The notes: generated from the sequence alone by a model not told the origin. DNA of 57,263 nucleotides from Candidatus Zixiibacteriota bacterium (GCA_050117845.1 JASFLY010000016.1:1-57263), one strand, 5' to 3'. Numbered from the stretch's first letter, positions 9,149-19,203 are shown. Numbers and translations are program-made.

Positions 9149-10389
9149 TATTCCTCCACCGAGGCCCCGAGCACGTAGTTCAATTCGGCCCGGCTCGACC
9201 AGTATTCGGCCTGCGATTGGACCAGCGCGCGCTCGGCCTCGGTTAACTCCGCTTCCGCATCCAACAGGTCGTTGAAGGAAGCGGCGCCCAATTCGTAGCT
9301 CCTTTTATTGAGCCGGTAGATCTCTTCGTTCAATTCCACCGTCTTGGCAGCGGCCTCCCACTCAAGGTAAGAAAGTTCCTGGGTGGCCAATAGACTCGCC
9401 AGCCGTTCCCGCGCGTCGAGCTCGGCCTGGACCAACTCCAGACGGGCCTGCCGCCGATCCAGCCGCGCGCCGGTAATACCCAACACGATATCGTGTACGT
9501 TTACCGGCAAACTGAGATTCAGGCCGTAACGCGTCTCGGCGTCATCCTGGCCGTCGCCGGGCGTGCCGACCGTGGACCCGCGGCTCAGCGAGAACGAGAG
9601 CGCCGGCAAGACTTCGCCCCACGCCGCCCAGTACGCGGCGTCGGACGACTTCAACTGCCGCCGTAGGACTTCGAGGTCCGGATTCCGCCCCAACGCCGCC
9701 GCCGAAACGAGCGTCGTCGGCAACGAGGCCGGGTCTTCCGGCGTGGGCAGCGTCTCCGCCTCTATCTCTTCCCACGCCCCCAGACCTATGATATCCGACA
9801 GCGCCCGGCGGTTATCCTCGACGCCGTTGTCGGCTGAAAGAAGGTCCGTCTCCGCTCCCAGAAAATCCGCTTCGGCGCGCAACTTGTCCGCCAAGTTGGC
9901 CTCGCCGACCTCGTAGCGTCTAGTAACCGTCTTTAGATTACTCTCGGCCCGGCGGTACTGCCCCTCGGCGCTCAACGCCAGCGCCTGGGCTTCGGCCAAA
10001 GCGTAGTAATTATCCTGTACGTCCAGGATCAACTCCGCCAGCGTACGGTCGGCCGCGGCGCGGTAGTAAGCTCGTTCCCGGGAACCACGGACCACGTTGA
10101 AGAAAACCGACGCGTCCACCACCGGTTGATTCAACGAGAAGTTGAACCGCCACGTATCTCCCAACTCCCCCATCGTATCGGCGCTGGTCGAGTACGAAGC
10201 AGCGGGGTCGGGCAAGACCGTCACGATTCCTTCGGCCAGAGCCTGCTTCCCCTGGCTGCGTTCGACTTCGGCCAATTCCGCGCTAAGGCTGCCGCGCAAG
10301 GCCGTACGCAACGCGTCCTCGAGGGTCAGCGTCTCCGCGGCCGCGAACGCCGGAAACAGGACGGCGATTAGTATCAAGCACTTCTTAAT
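9148..10389 (-). CDS. TolC-family outer-membrane efflux protein
   Basis: LTLEDALRTAL; RRYEVGEAN..D.L and RSYELGAAS..DLL repeats. Start is either TTG 10377 or ATT 10389 (see findings). Confidence 0.88.
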   Translation of the reverse strand: MKKCLILIAVLFPAFAAAETLTLEDALRTALRGSLSAELAEVERSQGKQALAEGIVTVLPDPAASYSTSADTMGELGDTWRFNFSLNQPVVDASVFFNVVRGSRERAYYRAAADRTLAELILDVQDNYYALAEAQALALSAEGQYRRAESNLKTVTRRYEVGEANLADKLRAEADFLGAETDLLSADNGVEDNRRALSDIIGLGAWEEIEAETLPTPEDPASLPTTLVSAAALGRNPDLEVLRRQLKSSDAAYWAAWGEVLPALSFSLSRGSTVGTPGDGQDDAETRYGLNLSLPVNVHDIVLGITGARLDRRQARLELVQAELDARERLASLLATQELSYLEWEAAAKTVELNEEIYRLNKRSYELGAASFNDLLDAEAELTEAERALVQSQAEYWSSRAELNYVLGASVEE

Positions 10390-10532
10390 AACGGGTCCTC
10401 CTTATTCGTGCACCTTATACCGTACATGGGCTTCTAGCTTCGCGCGCCCGTACCCGCTTTACTTCCCGGCTCTAAAAAAGAGGAACGTTAGGCCGCTCCT
10501 CCTCATACGACAACGCGAGTAGTACGCCGCAA

Positions 10533-11243
10533 TTATAACATTTTACCCAGTTTTTTCAGGATATTTCGGCCGAATTCCATTTGCTCCTCCGCCCGATTTT
10601 TCGCGGTTACCACAGCTTCCATCTCGATCGAGAGGGGTGCCCCCGCGGGCGCCGCGCCACCCGGGGCGCCGGGCGGATTCGGCATCCGGGACCCCATGTC
10701 CCGCATCTCCTTCAACCGCTTCTCGATATCCTTCAAATCGTCTTTCGCGCCTTTACTAATTTCGACCGCGGCTTCGACGTCGTCCTGTACCAACAGCAAA
10801 CCGTCCCGGGATCCGGCCAAGGCCTCGATAACTCCCTTGCGGCGCTTTTTATTCTTCCATAATTCATCCAGCGCCGCCCGACAGTCCTTGACCTCGACTG
10901 TGTACACGCGGAAATTTCCCTCCGCTACGTTTAATTCCTCGTCGCTGTATGCGTCCGCGAGAGCGGCGTTCACCTCGTCCCACTTCGACGACAACGGCGG
11001 CAAAGCGTCCACTTCGTTAACGAGCGCAAAGAACTCCTCGGCCGCCGGGTATAACAGGTCCGCGGCGTAATCCACCTTCTCGCAGGTATGGCCGGCTTTA
11101 TTCAGTAATGCCTCCATAGTAGCTTCCGGGTCCGGGGGCCCGCCCTCGGGGGGGCCGCCCTGAAACCCGCCTCCCATCCCGGGAGGTTGCGCCCGGGCCA
11201 GCAGGGGTATCAGTAATATCGCGAAGATAAACGGCTTATACAC
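10533..11243 (-). CDS. Hypothetical exported helical protein with Pro/Gly-rich segments
   Basis: GTG at 11243 gives signal peptide MYKPFIFAILLIPLLARA; QPPGMGGGFQGGPP low-complexity segment; helical remainder. Confidence 0.6.
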   Translation of the reverse strand: MYKPFIFAILLIPLLARAQPPGMGGGFQGGPPEGGPPDPEATMEALLNKAGHTCEKVDYAADLLYPAAEEFFALVNEVDALPPLSSKWDEVNAALADAYSDEELNVAEGNFRVYTVEVKDCRAALDELWKNKKRRKGVIEALAGSRDGLLLVQDDVEAAVEISKGAKDDLKDIEKRLKEMRDMGSRMPNPPGAPGGAAPAGAPLSIEMEAVVTAKNRAEEQMEFGRNILKKLGKML

Positions 11244-11481
11244 TTTCTTTTCCCTCTGGGGCAACTTTCGTTCCGAACGCAACGTCGCCGGACGGGCGGC
11301 GGAGGGTAATCAGGTTATTATGGGCCGGGGGGCAGACGCATATTTACGGACACGGCCTTGCGCATCCCGGAGTTAACGCCCCCCGGCCTTATACCTGTAT
11401 CCCATTACCGTATATATAACGGCGGCACCCTGGAATTTGTTGCAGATAAAAGGCCAAAATCGACCTTTGCCGCGCCACCTC

Positions 11482-11510
11482 TTGATTTATTTTGCTCGAT
11501 ATGTTATCTT
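11482..11510 (+). promoter_or_regulatory. Putative extended -10 sigma70 promoter
   Basis: TTGATT-17 nt-TATCTT with TG at the extended -10 position. Confidence 0.5.
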
Positions 11511-11597
11511 CCCCGCCGATGTCCGCAAGTAATAGAGTTTCGGCGTCGCGCGCCAAACGCGGCCTACGACGCTTCGGATATTCGGGTTAACCCGATC

Positions 11598-11624
11598 CGC
11601 CCCGCATTGCGGGGCGTTTTTTTT
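11598..11624 (+). terminator. Intrinsic terminator inside the 5' leader of the DUF4388 gene
   Basis: CGCCCCGC-ATT-GCGGGGCG followed by T8, ending 27 nt before the TTG start. Confidence 0.7.
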
Positions 11625-11651
11625 ACGGCACGGTCTTTACGGAGGTAAACA

Positions 11652-12461
11652 TTGACCGGCGAAAAAACGTTGTCCCCCGACTTTCTTCATGGGGAACTGG
11701 CGGAATTCCCGTTGGCCGACGTTCTTCAATTACTGCTAATGACGCGGAAAAGCGGCGAACTCCGTTTGGAAAATGAACCCGCGGGGAACTCCGCCGCCAT
11801 TTTCTTCGACCGCGGCAATATTATGCACGCCTCCAGTAACGGCATCGAGGGCCGGCCCGCCGTCGAGACATTGCTTAAATGGACGGGGGGCCGCTTCGGC
11901 TTCATCCCCGGTACCCGCCCCCCCAAAATTACCATAAACGCCCCGGCGCAGGCCGTACTCATGGACGCCATAACGCGCTACGACGAGTTGCTGCAAATAG
12001 AACGCGAATTACCCCCGTACGATATACCGCTATACATCAATCCCGCCATCGGCACGGCTCCCAGCTTAACACCTATGGAATGGCGTGTCCTGGCGCTCGT
12101 TAACGGCCATCGCAATATCATGCGGATGTGCGAAGAAATCGGCGACGAATTCGAGACCAAATCGGCTTTGTTGTCCCTCATTCAAAAGGGGGCCGTAACC
12201 GTAAAACTCCCGGACGAGAGTTGGCATACTCTCATCCCACGCGTCATCCCCACTTCGGACGTTAAGAGCGAAAGGCCCTTCCCGCCCCGCATCAGGACAA
12301 ACCTCGTCCTTAAAAGTATCGACGGCAAAACTAGGCTCGCCGATATTTGGCGGACGGCGAATACGACGGAACTCGAGTTTTTGGAAGACATCCGCTTCCT
12401 ACACGAAACGCGATGGATCGACTTCGGCGAGGTCGTTAATCTGAAGTTCCTTCAGGATTGA
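11652..12461 (+). CDS. DUF4388 (PatA N-terminal-like) domain protein
   Basis: LHGELAEFPLADVLQLLLMTRKSGELRL...IFFDRGNIMHA...W.GGRFGF; LTPMEWRVLALVNG; RBS GGAGGT. Confidence 0.85.
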   Translation: MTGEKTLSPDFLHGELAEFPLADVLQLLLMTRKSGELRLENEPAGNSAAIFFDRGNIMHASSNGIEGRPAVETLLKWTGGRFGFIPGTRPPKITINAPAQAVLMDAITRYDELLQIERELPPYDIPLYINPAIGTAPSLTPMEWRVLALVNGHRNIMRMCEEIGDEFETKSALLSLIQKGAVTVKLPDESWHTLIPRVIPTSDVKSERPFPPRIRTNLVLKSIDGKTRLADIWRTANTTELEFLEDIRFLHETRWIDFGEVVNLKFLQD

Positions 12462-12540
12462 GCAGCCGCGTATTACAATGTGTCTCGGCCTCACGTAAGC
12501 CGTCGGGCGACGTGCGTTCGCGTTCGTTTACTATCGATAA

Positions 12541-13725
12541 TTACCGCCCGCCGAAAGCCAACGACTTAACACGGGCCGCGGCATCAATCACTTGTTCCAT
12601 GGACGGGACCAGCGCGAAACGCGCAAAACCCGCGCCGGGGTTCACACCTTCGGCCGTCACGTCGGAAATCCATCCCCCGGGCGTCGTCACGACGCCGACG
12701 TCCAATAGCCGCCGGGAAAGTTCAACGCCATCGAGGCCGGCCGGCGCCTTCTGCCACAGGTAAAAAGTCGCCTCGCTCGGGCACGGCGGCAGGCCGGCGG
12801 CCGCCAGCGCCGCAAGCATGACATCCCGCTTGGCCCGGTACTCCTCCCGCATTAAATGGACGTGTTCCCGGTCTCGGAGGGCCGCCGCCGCCGCGTCCTG
12901 TATGAAGGTCGGCGTCCCGGAATCGGCGTTAGTTTTCATCCGCGTAAACGCCCCTACCACACGCTCATCGCCGGCGACGAAGCCCGCTCGGTAACAGGTC
13001 ATGTTGTTCCTTTTAGATAACGAGTACAACGCTACGACGCCATCCCGGCTTATTTCCAGGATACTTGTGGGCCCGCCGTCGAAGCAGAACTCATTGTAAC
13101 AACCCTCGTCCGCCGCGACGATTACGTCGTTCCTGACGGCCCACGAGGCCAGGCCCTCCAGCCAGCCCCGTGGCGCCACCTTCCCCGTGGGCGAGTTCGG
13201 GTAATTGGTCCAGATGATCCTGGCCCGCCGCGCCACGTCCGCCGGTATCGATTCGTAATCAATGAGGAAATCGTTCTCCGGGAGGAGCGGTACGTAATAA
13301 GGGATGGCCCCCGCGAAGCGAGTACCGTTCTTGTACGGGGGGTAGCCGGGCGTAGGGCAGATAACGACGTCGCCCGGGTCGACGAGAGCCAGCGGGAAAT
13401 GGAATATGGCCTCCTTCGATCCCATCGTGGCGGCCACCTCACGATCCGGGTCCAGCGCCACGCCGTACTCCCGTTGCATGTATTCAGCAGCGGCCTTCCG
13501 GAAATCGGGATCCCCGTCGTAGGGCGGGTAACCTGCCGTCGCCCGCGCCCGCGCTCCCTCCGCCAACGCCGCAATGACTAAATCGGGCGCGGGGCTCGTC
13601 GGATCGCCGACGCCGAAGTCGATCACGCCCACCCCTCGCGCCCTGAGTTTGCGGACCTTCTCTTCCAACTCGGCGAACGGGTATGCCGGCGTTTCGGCCA
13701 AAAGCCGGGATAGTTTAATTTCCAT
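12541..13725 (-). CDS. PLP-dependent class I/II aminotransferase of DAP pathway (LL-DAP aminotransferase or succinyl-DAP transaminase type)
   Basis: VIDFGVGDP, GSKEAIFHFPL, NYPNSPTG, SLSKR (PLP Lys); last gene of the lysine operon. Confidence 0.8.
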   Translation of the reverse strand: MEIKLSRLLAETPAYPFAELEEKVRKLRARGVGVIDFGVGDPTSPAPDLVIAALAEGARARATAGYPPYDGDPDFRKAAAEYMQREYGVALDPDREVAATMGSKEAIFHFPLALVDPGDVVICPTPGYPPYKNGTRFAGAIPYYVPLLPENDFLIDYESIPADVARRARIIWTNYPNSPTGKVAPRGWLEGLASWAVRNDVIVAADEGCYNEFCFDGGPTSILEISRDGVVALYSLSKRNNMTCYRAGFVAGDERVVGAFTRMKTNADSGTPTFIQDAAAAALRDREHVHLMREEYRAKRDVMLAALAAAGLPPCPSEATFYLWQKAPAGLDGVELSRRLLDVGVVTTPGGWISDVTAEGVNPGAGFARFALVPSMEQVIDAAARVKSLAFGGR

Positions 13726-14995
13726 CCTCGCGCCTCCTTAAAATCGTTTCCGGCGGGTCGACGACGTTTCGAAACAAATCCTCGTCCGTCTCCGGCCGGC
13801 GGATTAGTTGAACGGCTCCTTCCTCGGTCAACAGGTATTCGGCGGCGCGCGGCCGGCCGTTGTAGTTATGGCCCATGGAAAAACAGTGGGCGCCGGCGTT
13901 GTGTATAACGAGCACGTCACCGATCTCGACGGGCGGCAAGCTTCGGCCGCGGGCGAACTGGTCGTTGTTCTCGCAAAGCCGCCCCACAACGTTAACTTCC
14001 TCGGACGGGGATGCGTTCTCTTTGCCGAGAACCGTAATGTGATGATAGGCGCCGTAAATCGCCGGCCGCGGCAGGTCGTTCATCCCGGCGTCCACGCCGA
14101 CGAATCTCCGGTATCCGTCTTTTATCGCGTGGACACGGGTCACGAGAAAACCGGCGTCGGCCGCTACGTATCGCCCCGGCTCGACCATCAACGTCGGTTC
14201 CGATAAATCCCACCGCCCGCACTCATCGTCGAACACGCCCCGCATATCGCGGGCGACGGTGTCGAGGTCGAGCGACTCCTCTTCAGGCCGGTACGCCACG
14301 CCGAAGCCCCCGCCCACGTTCAAATACTCGAATTGGATACCAAGCTCCCGGCGCACCTCCCCGGCGATGCGAAGCAGCTCCCTCGTCACGAACGGGAAGT
14401 ACGCCGCGTCGAGGACGTTGCTGCCCGTCATCATGTGCAGGCCGAAGCGGCTCGCCCCCGCGTCCCGGGCGGCGCGGTAGGCCGCGACCGCGTCTTCCCC
14501 GGGGGCGCCGAACTTAGCGTCCGGCCCGGCGAGGTAGAGGCTCTCCACGTCGCCGGTCGTTACGCCCGGGTTTACGCGGAACGATATAAACGCCGGCATG
14601 CCGAGCTCCCGGACCGTCGGCACCGACGACGCGTCGTCGAGGTTGAGCAGCACCCCGGGCGCCGCGAGGACTTGGGCCAGTTCGTCGCGCGTCGAGTAAT
14701 TGCCGGTGTGCATTCCCCACCCGCCGAGCTTGCCGACGGCCGACACTTCGGACGGGCTGGAACAATCGAAGCCGAACCCCTCTTCCCGGATTATTCGCAG
14801 CAAATTCGGGTTAGCATTGGCCTTTACGGCGTATAGCGGCGTAAAACCCGGGAAGGCCTCGCCGAAAGCCCCGACGAGTCGACGACAATTATACTTGATA
14901 CGCTTTTCTTCATACAGGAAGAACGGCGTGGGTATTACGGCGGCCGCCCGGTCTATAGCGTCCTGAGGTAAGCGCACGACATCATCGTTTATCAT
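13715..14995 (-). CDS. lysA: Diaminopimelate decarboxylase
   Basis: YAVKAN, HMMTGS, LNVGGGFG, EPGRY, GRLCENND, YNGRPR motifs. Confidence 0.95.
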   Translation of the reverse strand: MINDDVVRLPQDAIDRAAAVIPTPFFLYEEKRIKYNCRRLVGAFGEAFPGFTPLYAVKANANPNLLRIIREEGFGFDCSSPSEVSAVGKLGGWGMHTGNYSTRDELAQVLAAPGVLLNLDDASSVPTVRELGMPAFISFRVNPGVTTGDVESLYLAGPDAKFGAPGEDAVAAYRAARDAGASRFGLHMMTGSNVLDAAYFPFVTRELLRIAGEVRRELGIQFEYLNVGGGFGVAYRPEEESLDLDTVARDMRGVFDDECGRWDLSEPTLMVEPGRYVAADAGFLVTRVHAIKDGYRRFVGVDAGMNDLPRPAIYGAYHHITVLGKENASPSEEVNVVGRLCENNDQFARGRSLPPVEIGDVLVIHNAGAHCFSMGHNYNGRPRAAEYLLTEEGAVQLIRRPETDEDLFRNVVDPPETILRRREDGN

Positions 14996-15016
14996 TATAT
15001 GGATTCCACCTTTCGT

Positions 15017-16102
15017 CTATATCCCAGCGTAACCCTTGGCTACAAGCAACTCGGCCGTAAGTATCGCCCCGCCGGCGGCCCCTCGTACGGCGTTATGCGA
15101 GAGCGCGACGAATTTCCAGCGGCGCGGGTCGCCGTCCTCCCGTATCCTCCCGACGGCGATAGCCATGCCCCGCTCGAGGTCCCGGTCCAATCGCGGCTGC
15201 GGCCTGTCGTCCTCCTCGAATACGTGGAAGAACCGCCCCGGCGCCGACGGCAAGTCCAAGCCGGCGGTCGCCGGTCGGAATTCGCACAGCGCGGCCATCA
15301 ATTCCTCACGTGTTGCCGCCTCGTCGAACTCGACGGAGACGGCGGCCGTATGGCCGTCCGACACCGGGACGCGAATGCACGTCGCGGAGAACGACGGCCT
15401 TCCCGCGAACCGTATCGACCCGTCCGCTACGTCCCCGAGGATCTTGGCAGGCTCTCGTTCTGACTTCTCCTCCTCCCCCGGAATAAAAGGGATTACGTTG
15501 TCCTCCATCTCGGGCCAATCGGCCAGCGTTCGGCCGGCGCCCGAAATGGCCTGCAAAGCCGTAACGGTTACTTGCCGCGGCCGGAAGCGCTCCCACGCCT
15601 TGACGACCGGGACGTACGACTGCACCGAGCAATTGGGTTTGGCGGTGATTAGTCCCCGGTCCCAACCGCGCCGGGCACGCTGACTCGCGATGATCTCGGC
15701 GTGGCCGGCGTTGATATCCGGGATGATTACCGGCACGTCCTCCGTCCAGCGGTGCGCCGAATTGTTGGAGACGACGGCGACGCCCGCGTCGGCGTATTCC
15801 TCCTCGAGTGCACGAACGGCGGCCTTATCCAGCGACAGCGCCGAGAACACGATATCGACCTCCCGGGCGACAACGTCCCGGTCCTCGACGGCGCGCAGGA
15901 CCGGTAGGGCCGCGAACCCGGCGGGCAGTGAGATTGAAGGCGGCCACCGTCCCTGCACGGCCTCTCCATACCTCTTCCCCGCCGACCGCGGCGACGCCGC
16001 CACCGCGACGACGTCGAACCACGGGTGGCCGGCAAGTAGCGCCACGAACCGCCGCCCCACCGTCCCCGTAGCGCCGAGGACGGCCGTCTTTATTCTTCGC
16101 AT
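15017..16102 (-). CDS. asd: Aspartate-semialdehyde dehydrogenase
   Basis: VLGATGTVG, KPNCS, QAISGAG, RVPVSDGH, HNAVRGAAG; RBS GGAGGT before ATG 16102. Confidence 0.95.
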   Translation of the reverse strand: MRRIKTAVLGATGTVGRRFVALLAGHPWFDVVAVAASPRSAGKRYGEAVQGRWPPSISLPAGFAALPVLRAVEDRDVVAREVDIVFSALSLDKAAVRALEEEYADAGVAVVSNNSAHRWTEDVPVIIPDINAGHAEIIASQRARRGWDRGLITAKPNCSVQSYVPVVKAWERFRPRQVTVTALQAISGAGRTLADWPEMEDNVIPFIPGEEEKSEREPAKILGDVADGSIRFAGRPSFSATCIRVPVSDGHTAAVSVEFDEAATREELMAALCEFRPATAGLDLPSAPGRFFHVFEEDDRPQPRLDRDLERGMAIAVGRIREDGDPRRWKFVALSHNAVRGAAGGAILTAELLVAKGYAGI

Positions 16103-16124
16103 CGCATACCTCCGAATCGCCCGC

Positions 16125-17021
16125 TCAATCAATTAACCCCAGGTTGCGGAGTTCGGCTGCGAGGAGTCCCCTATTACCCTCATCCATCGGGCACATCGGC
16201 AACCGGAACTCGGGCCGCACCAACCCCATCAACGCCAGCGCCGTTTTGACAGGAATAGGGTTGCTCTCGACGAAGTTGAGGTTCATGAGGGGGAGATACT
16301 TGAAGTGCTCGGCGCGCGCCTCCTCGACCTCCCCGGCCCGGGCGAGGCGCATGAGCCGCGCGAATGCCGCGGGTATCTCGTTGGCCACGACGGAGACGCA
16401 CCCCTCGGCGCCGAGCGCGACCATCGGGAAAGCCAGCGCGTCGTCGCCGCTATACACCTTGAAGCCGGGGAGCCGCCGCCGCAATACGTCCATAGCTTGA
16501 CCCACGTCGCCGGAGGCCTCCTTGACGCCGACGACGTTCTCGAATTCGGCCGCGAGGCGCAAAAGCACCGGCGTCGGGATATTCTTCCCGGTGCGGCCGG
16601 GGACGTTATAAACGACAACTGGCAACGACGTCGCCCGGGCGACCGCGGCGAAGTGTTCGTAGAACCCGGTCGCGGTGGGCTTGTTGTAATAGGGGCCGAC
16701 GACGAGGAGCGCGTCCGCGCCGGCCTCGGCCGCGACGCCACAGTTGCGAATAGTCGCCGCCGTGGCATTCGCGCCGGCGCCGGCGATTACCGGCAAACGA
16801 CCCGCCGATTTCTCTACGACGAACGAAATAACGTCGGCATACTCGGCCGGGTCGAGGGTGGGCGTCTCACCCGTCGTCCCACAGGCCAGCAGGCCGTCGG
16901 TCCCACTCTCAACGTGAAACTCTATCAATCGCTCGAGCGCCGCGTAGTCCACGGCGCCGCCCCCGTCGAAGGGCGTCACCAGCGCGACGATAGAACCCGT
17001 AACGTTGAAATCCTTAACCAT
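16125..17021 (-). CDS. dapA: 4-hydroxy-tetrahydrodipicolinate synthase
   Basis: GSIVALVTPF, CGTTGE, PYYNKP, YNVPGRTG, GVKEASGD, ESNPIPVK. Confidence 0.96.
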   Translation of the reverse strand: MVKDFNVTGSIVALVTPFDGGGAVDYAALERLIEFHVESGTDGLLACGTTGETPTLDPAEYADVISFVVEKSAGRLPVIAGAGANATAATIRNCGVAAEAGADALLVVGPYYNKPTATGFYEHFAAVARATSLPVVVYNVPGRTGKNIPTPVLLRLAAEFENVVGVKEASGDVGQAMDVLRRRLPGFKVYSGDDALAFPMVALGAEGCVSVVANEIPAAFARLMRLARAGEVEEARAEHFKYLPLMNLNFVESNPIPVKTALALMGLVRPEFRLPMCPMDEGNRGLLAAELRNLGLID

Positions 17022-17787
17022 AAAGCATGTCCTCCAAAGCCTGGTCAAACGTGTAAAAGGACGGTTCTTCCCGCCGCATCAACCACTTCGCGGCCAAAAT
17101 CGCCCCGACGGCGTATACGTCCCGGCCGCGCGTCTGCTGGGAAAGGCGTATAACCTCCCCCGGCGCGTCGAATATGAGTTCGTGGTATCCCATGTTCTCA
17201 CCCACGCGAAGACAGGCCACATGCAATTCGTCCGACGCTATGGGCCGATCCGCCGTACCCGTTAATATTCCAGTTTTTTCGGCGGTACTCTCGGCCACGG
17301 CCGCCGCGATCCTCAAAGCCGTGCCGCTGGGCATGTCCTTTTTATGACGGTGGTGGACGTCGAGGAGCGCGACGTCGAAACCGCCCGCCCGTGCGAGGAG
17401 GTCCGCCGCGGCGTCAGCGAGGCGCATGAATACCGCCGTGCCGATAGAGAAGTTAGCGCCGTGCAGGAAGGATAAATCCCGCTCAAGCACGATTCGGCGC
17501 ACCGTTTTCTCGTCGCCGCCCCACCCGCTACTCCCCACGACGAGCCGGGGCGAGGGGTCGGCGGCCGCGGCGGCCTCGACCAACGCGAGTACGGCGTCGC
17601 CGCCCGAGAAGTCTATTACCACGTCCACGTCGCGGAGCGGCGCTTCCGCGAGCGCCGCGAACTCGACGTCGTCGTTCGTTTCGTCGACCGCGCCCACTAC
17701 GGCAAGGTCCTCGTCCGCCTCCGCGCAGCGGCGGACCTCCTTCCCCACCTTCCCCAATCCGTGGATTAACAACCTAATCGGCAACAC
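17014..17787 (-). CDS. dapB: 4-hydroxy-tetrahydrodipicolinate reductase
   Basis: GLGKVG, DVVIDFS, ANFSIG, HHRHKKDMPSGTAL. Confidence 0.92.
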   Translation of the reverse strand: MLPIRLLIHGLGKVGKEVRRCAEADEDLAVVGAVDETNDDVEFAALAEAPLRDVDVVIDFSGGDAVLALVEAAAAADPSPRLVVGSSGWGGDEKTVRRIVLERDLSFLHGANFSIGTAVFMRLADAAADLLARAGGFDVALLDVHHRHKKDMPSGTALRIAAAVAESTAEKTGILTGTADRPIASDELHVACLRVGENMGYHELIFDAPGEVIRLSQQTRGRDVYAVGAILAAKWLMRREEPSFYTFDQALEDMLYG

Positions 17788-17791
17788 GATA

Positions 17792-19108
17792 TCACCTCCG
17801 GAAATTCTCTTCGAAAAGAGAGTGAATCAACTGAAGCGTTTCTCGTTCCCGGCTCCCGTCCACGATAAGCGTTAAATTAATCTCGCGGTTTCCGTAGCTC
17901 ATCATCTCGATATCGACGCCGCGCTCGGCGAGGGCCGCGAATATCTTCGGGAATATCGTCTGCTCGTCGTCCAGGAATCTGGATATGACGGCCACGATGG
18001 AGCGACCCGACCTAACCTCGGCGTCGCCCAACCCGCGTAACGCTTCCAGCAACGTCGTCTCCGCCTCCGCGTCGAGTGAGTTCACGGTTACCGAGACCGA
18101 CGCTTCCGAAACCGCGACGACATCCACGCTGAGCCGGAAGGACTCGAATACGGCGAAGAGGCGGGCCAGAAACCCCACGGCCCCCACCATCTCCGGCGTG
18201 GCTACGGTGAAAACGCGGACGCCCGATTTCGTCGTAACGGCGAAGTTGGGCCCCGCGTCTCCGGCCGCGATAACCGTCCCCGGGGACGACGGATTGAAGG
18301 TGTTACGGACATGCACCGGGATGCCGGCCCGGATCGCGGGCGGCAGGGATTTATTGAAAAGTATATTCGCGCCGAAGTTGGATAACTCCACCGCTTCGTC
18401 GAAGGAGAGCCGGGTCACGAGGCGAGCGTCGGGTATCACACCCGGGTCCGCGCTCATCACGCCGTCGGCGTCGGACCATATCTCCACCACGGCCGCGTCG
18501 AGGCACGCCCCCAGAAGCGTTGCCGTAAGGTCCGAGCCGCCGCGGCCCAACGTCGTTGTCCGCCCTTGCGCGTCGGCGCCGATGAAACCGGGTACCACCG
18601 GGATTCGACCCCGGCCGAGAACCGGCAGGAGGACAATTCTCGCGCGGTCGCGCGTCTCGTCGTAGTCGTACCTGGCGGCGCCGAAGCCGTCGTCGGTCGC
18701 CACGACGTCGCCGCCATCCACCACTCGGGAGTCAAGGCCGATTTCTTTGAAATAAGCCGCGACGAGAGAGGCCGAGAACCTTTCCCCGTAGGAAGCGACA
18801 AGGTCGGCCTTTTGCCCGGGCGGCAACGCCTTCCGAAGGTCGCGGGTCAACCGGCCGGCGAAGCCTTTGACCGCGGCTTCCACGCCCAACTCCCGGGCGA
18901 GGCCGCGCCACCGGGACGTTACCGCCTCGGCCTCGGCCTCGTCCTCCCCCGCGCGCAGGAGCGACGACGTTACGCCGCTCTGCGCCGATACAACGACGAC
19001 CTTTCGTGGCGCGTCGTCCGTGGCCACGATGGCCGCGACGCGGCGTACGGCGCCGGCACTGCCCACCGACGTTCCCCCGAATTTCATAATCTTAATCGGT
19101 CCTTCCAT
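17792..19108 (-). CDS. lysC: Aspartate kinase with two ACT domains
   Basis: MKFGGTSVG, VVVSA, TTTLGRGGSD, WSDADGVMSADP; alternative start GTG 19114. Confidence 0.93.
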   Translation of the reverse strand: MEGPIKIMKFGGTSVGSAGAVRRVAAIVATDDAPRKVVVVSAQSGVTSSLLRAGEDEAEAEAVTSRWRGLARELGVEAAVKGFAGRLTRDLRKALPPGQKADLVASYGERFSASLVAAYFKEIGLDSRVVDGGDVVATDDGFGAARYDYDETRDRARIVLLPVLGRGRIPVVPGFIGADAQGRTTTLGRGGSDLTATLLGACLDAAVVEIWSDADGVMSADPGVIPDARLVTRLSFDEAVELSNFGANILFNKSLPPAIRAGIPVHVRNTFNPSSPGTVIAAGDAGPNFAVTTKSGVRVFTVATPEMVGAVGFLARLFAVFESFRLSVDVVAVSEASVSVTVNSLDAEAETTLLEALRGLGDAEVRSGRSIVAVISRFLDDEQTIFPKIFAALAERGVDIEMMSYGNREINLTLIVDGSRERETLQLIHSLFEENFRR

Positions 19109-19147
19109 ATTCACCTCGGCATTCCGTATCCGTCATCCCCGGCAAAT

Positions 19148-19178
19148 AAAAAAGGCGCCCGCTCAGTACGGGCGCCTT
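19148..19178 (-). terminator. Attenuator-type terminator upstream of lysC
   Basis: Minus strand AAGGCGCCCGT-ACTGA-GCGGGCGCCTT-TTTT, about 40 nt upstream of lysC. Confidence 0.8.
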
Positions 19179-19203
19179 GACGGCATTCTCGCCTAATTAT
19201 TTA

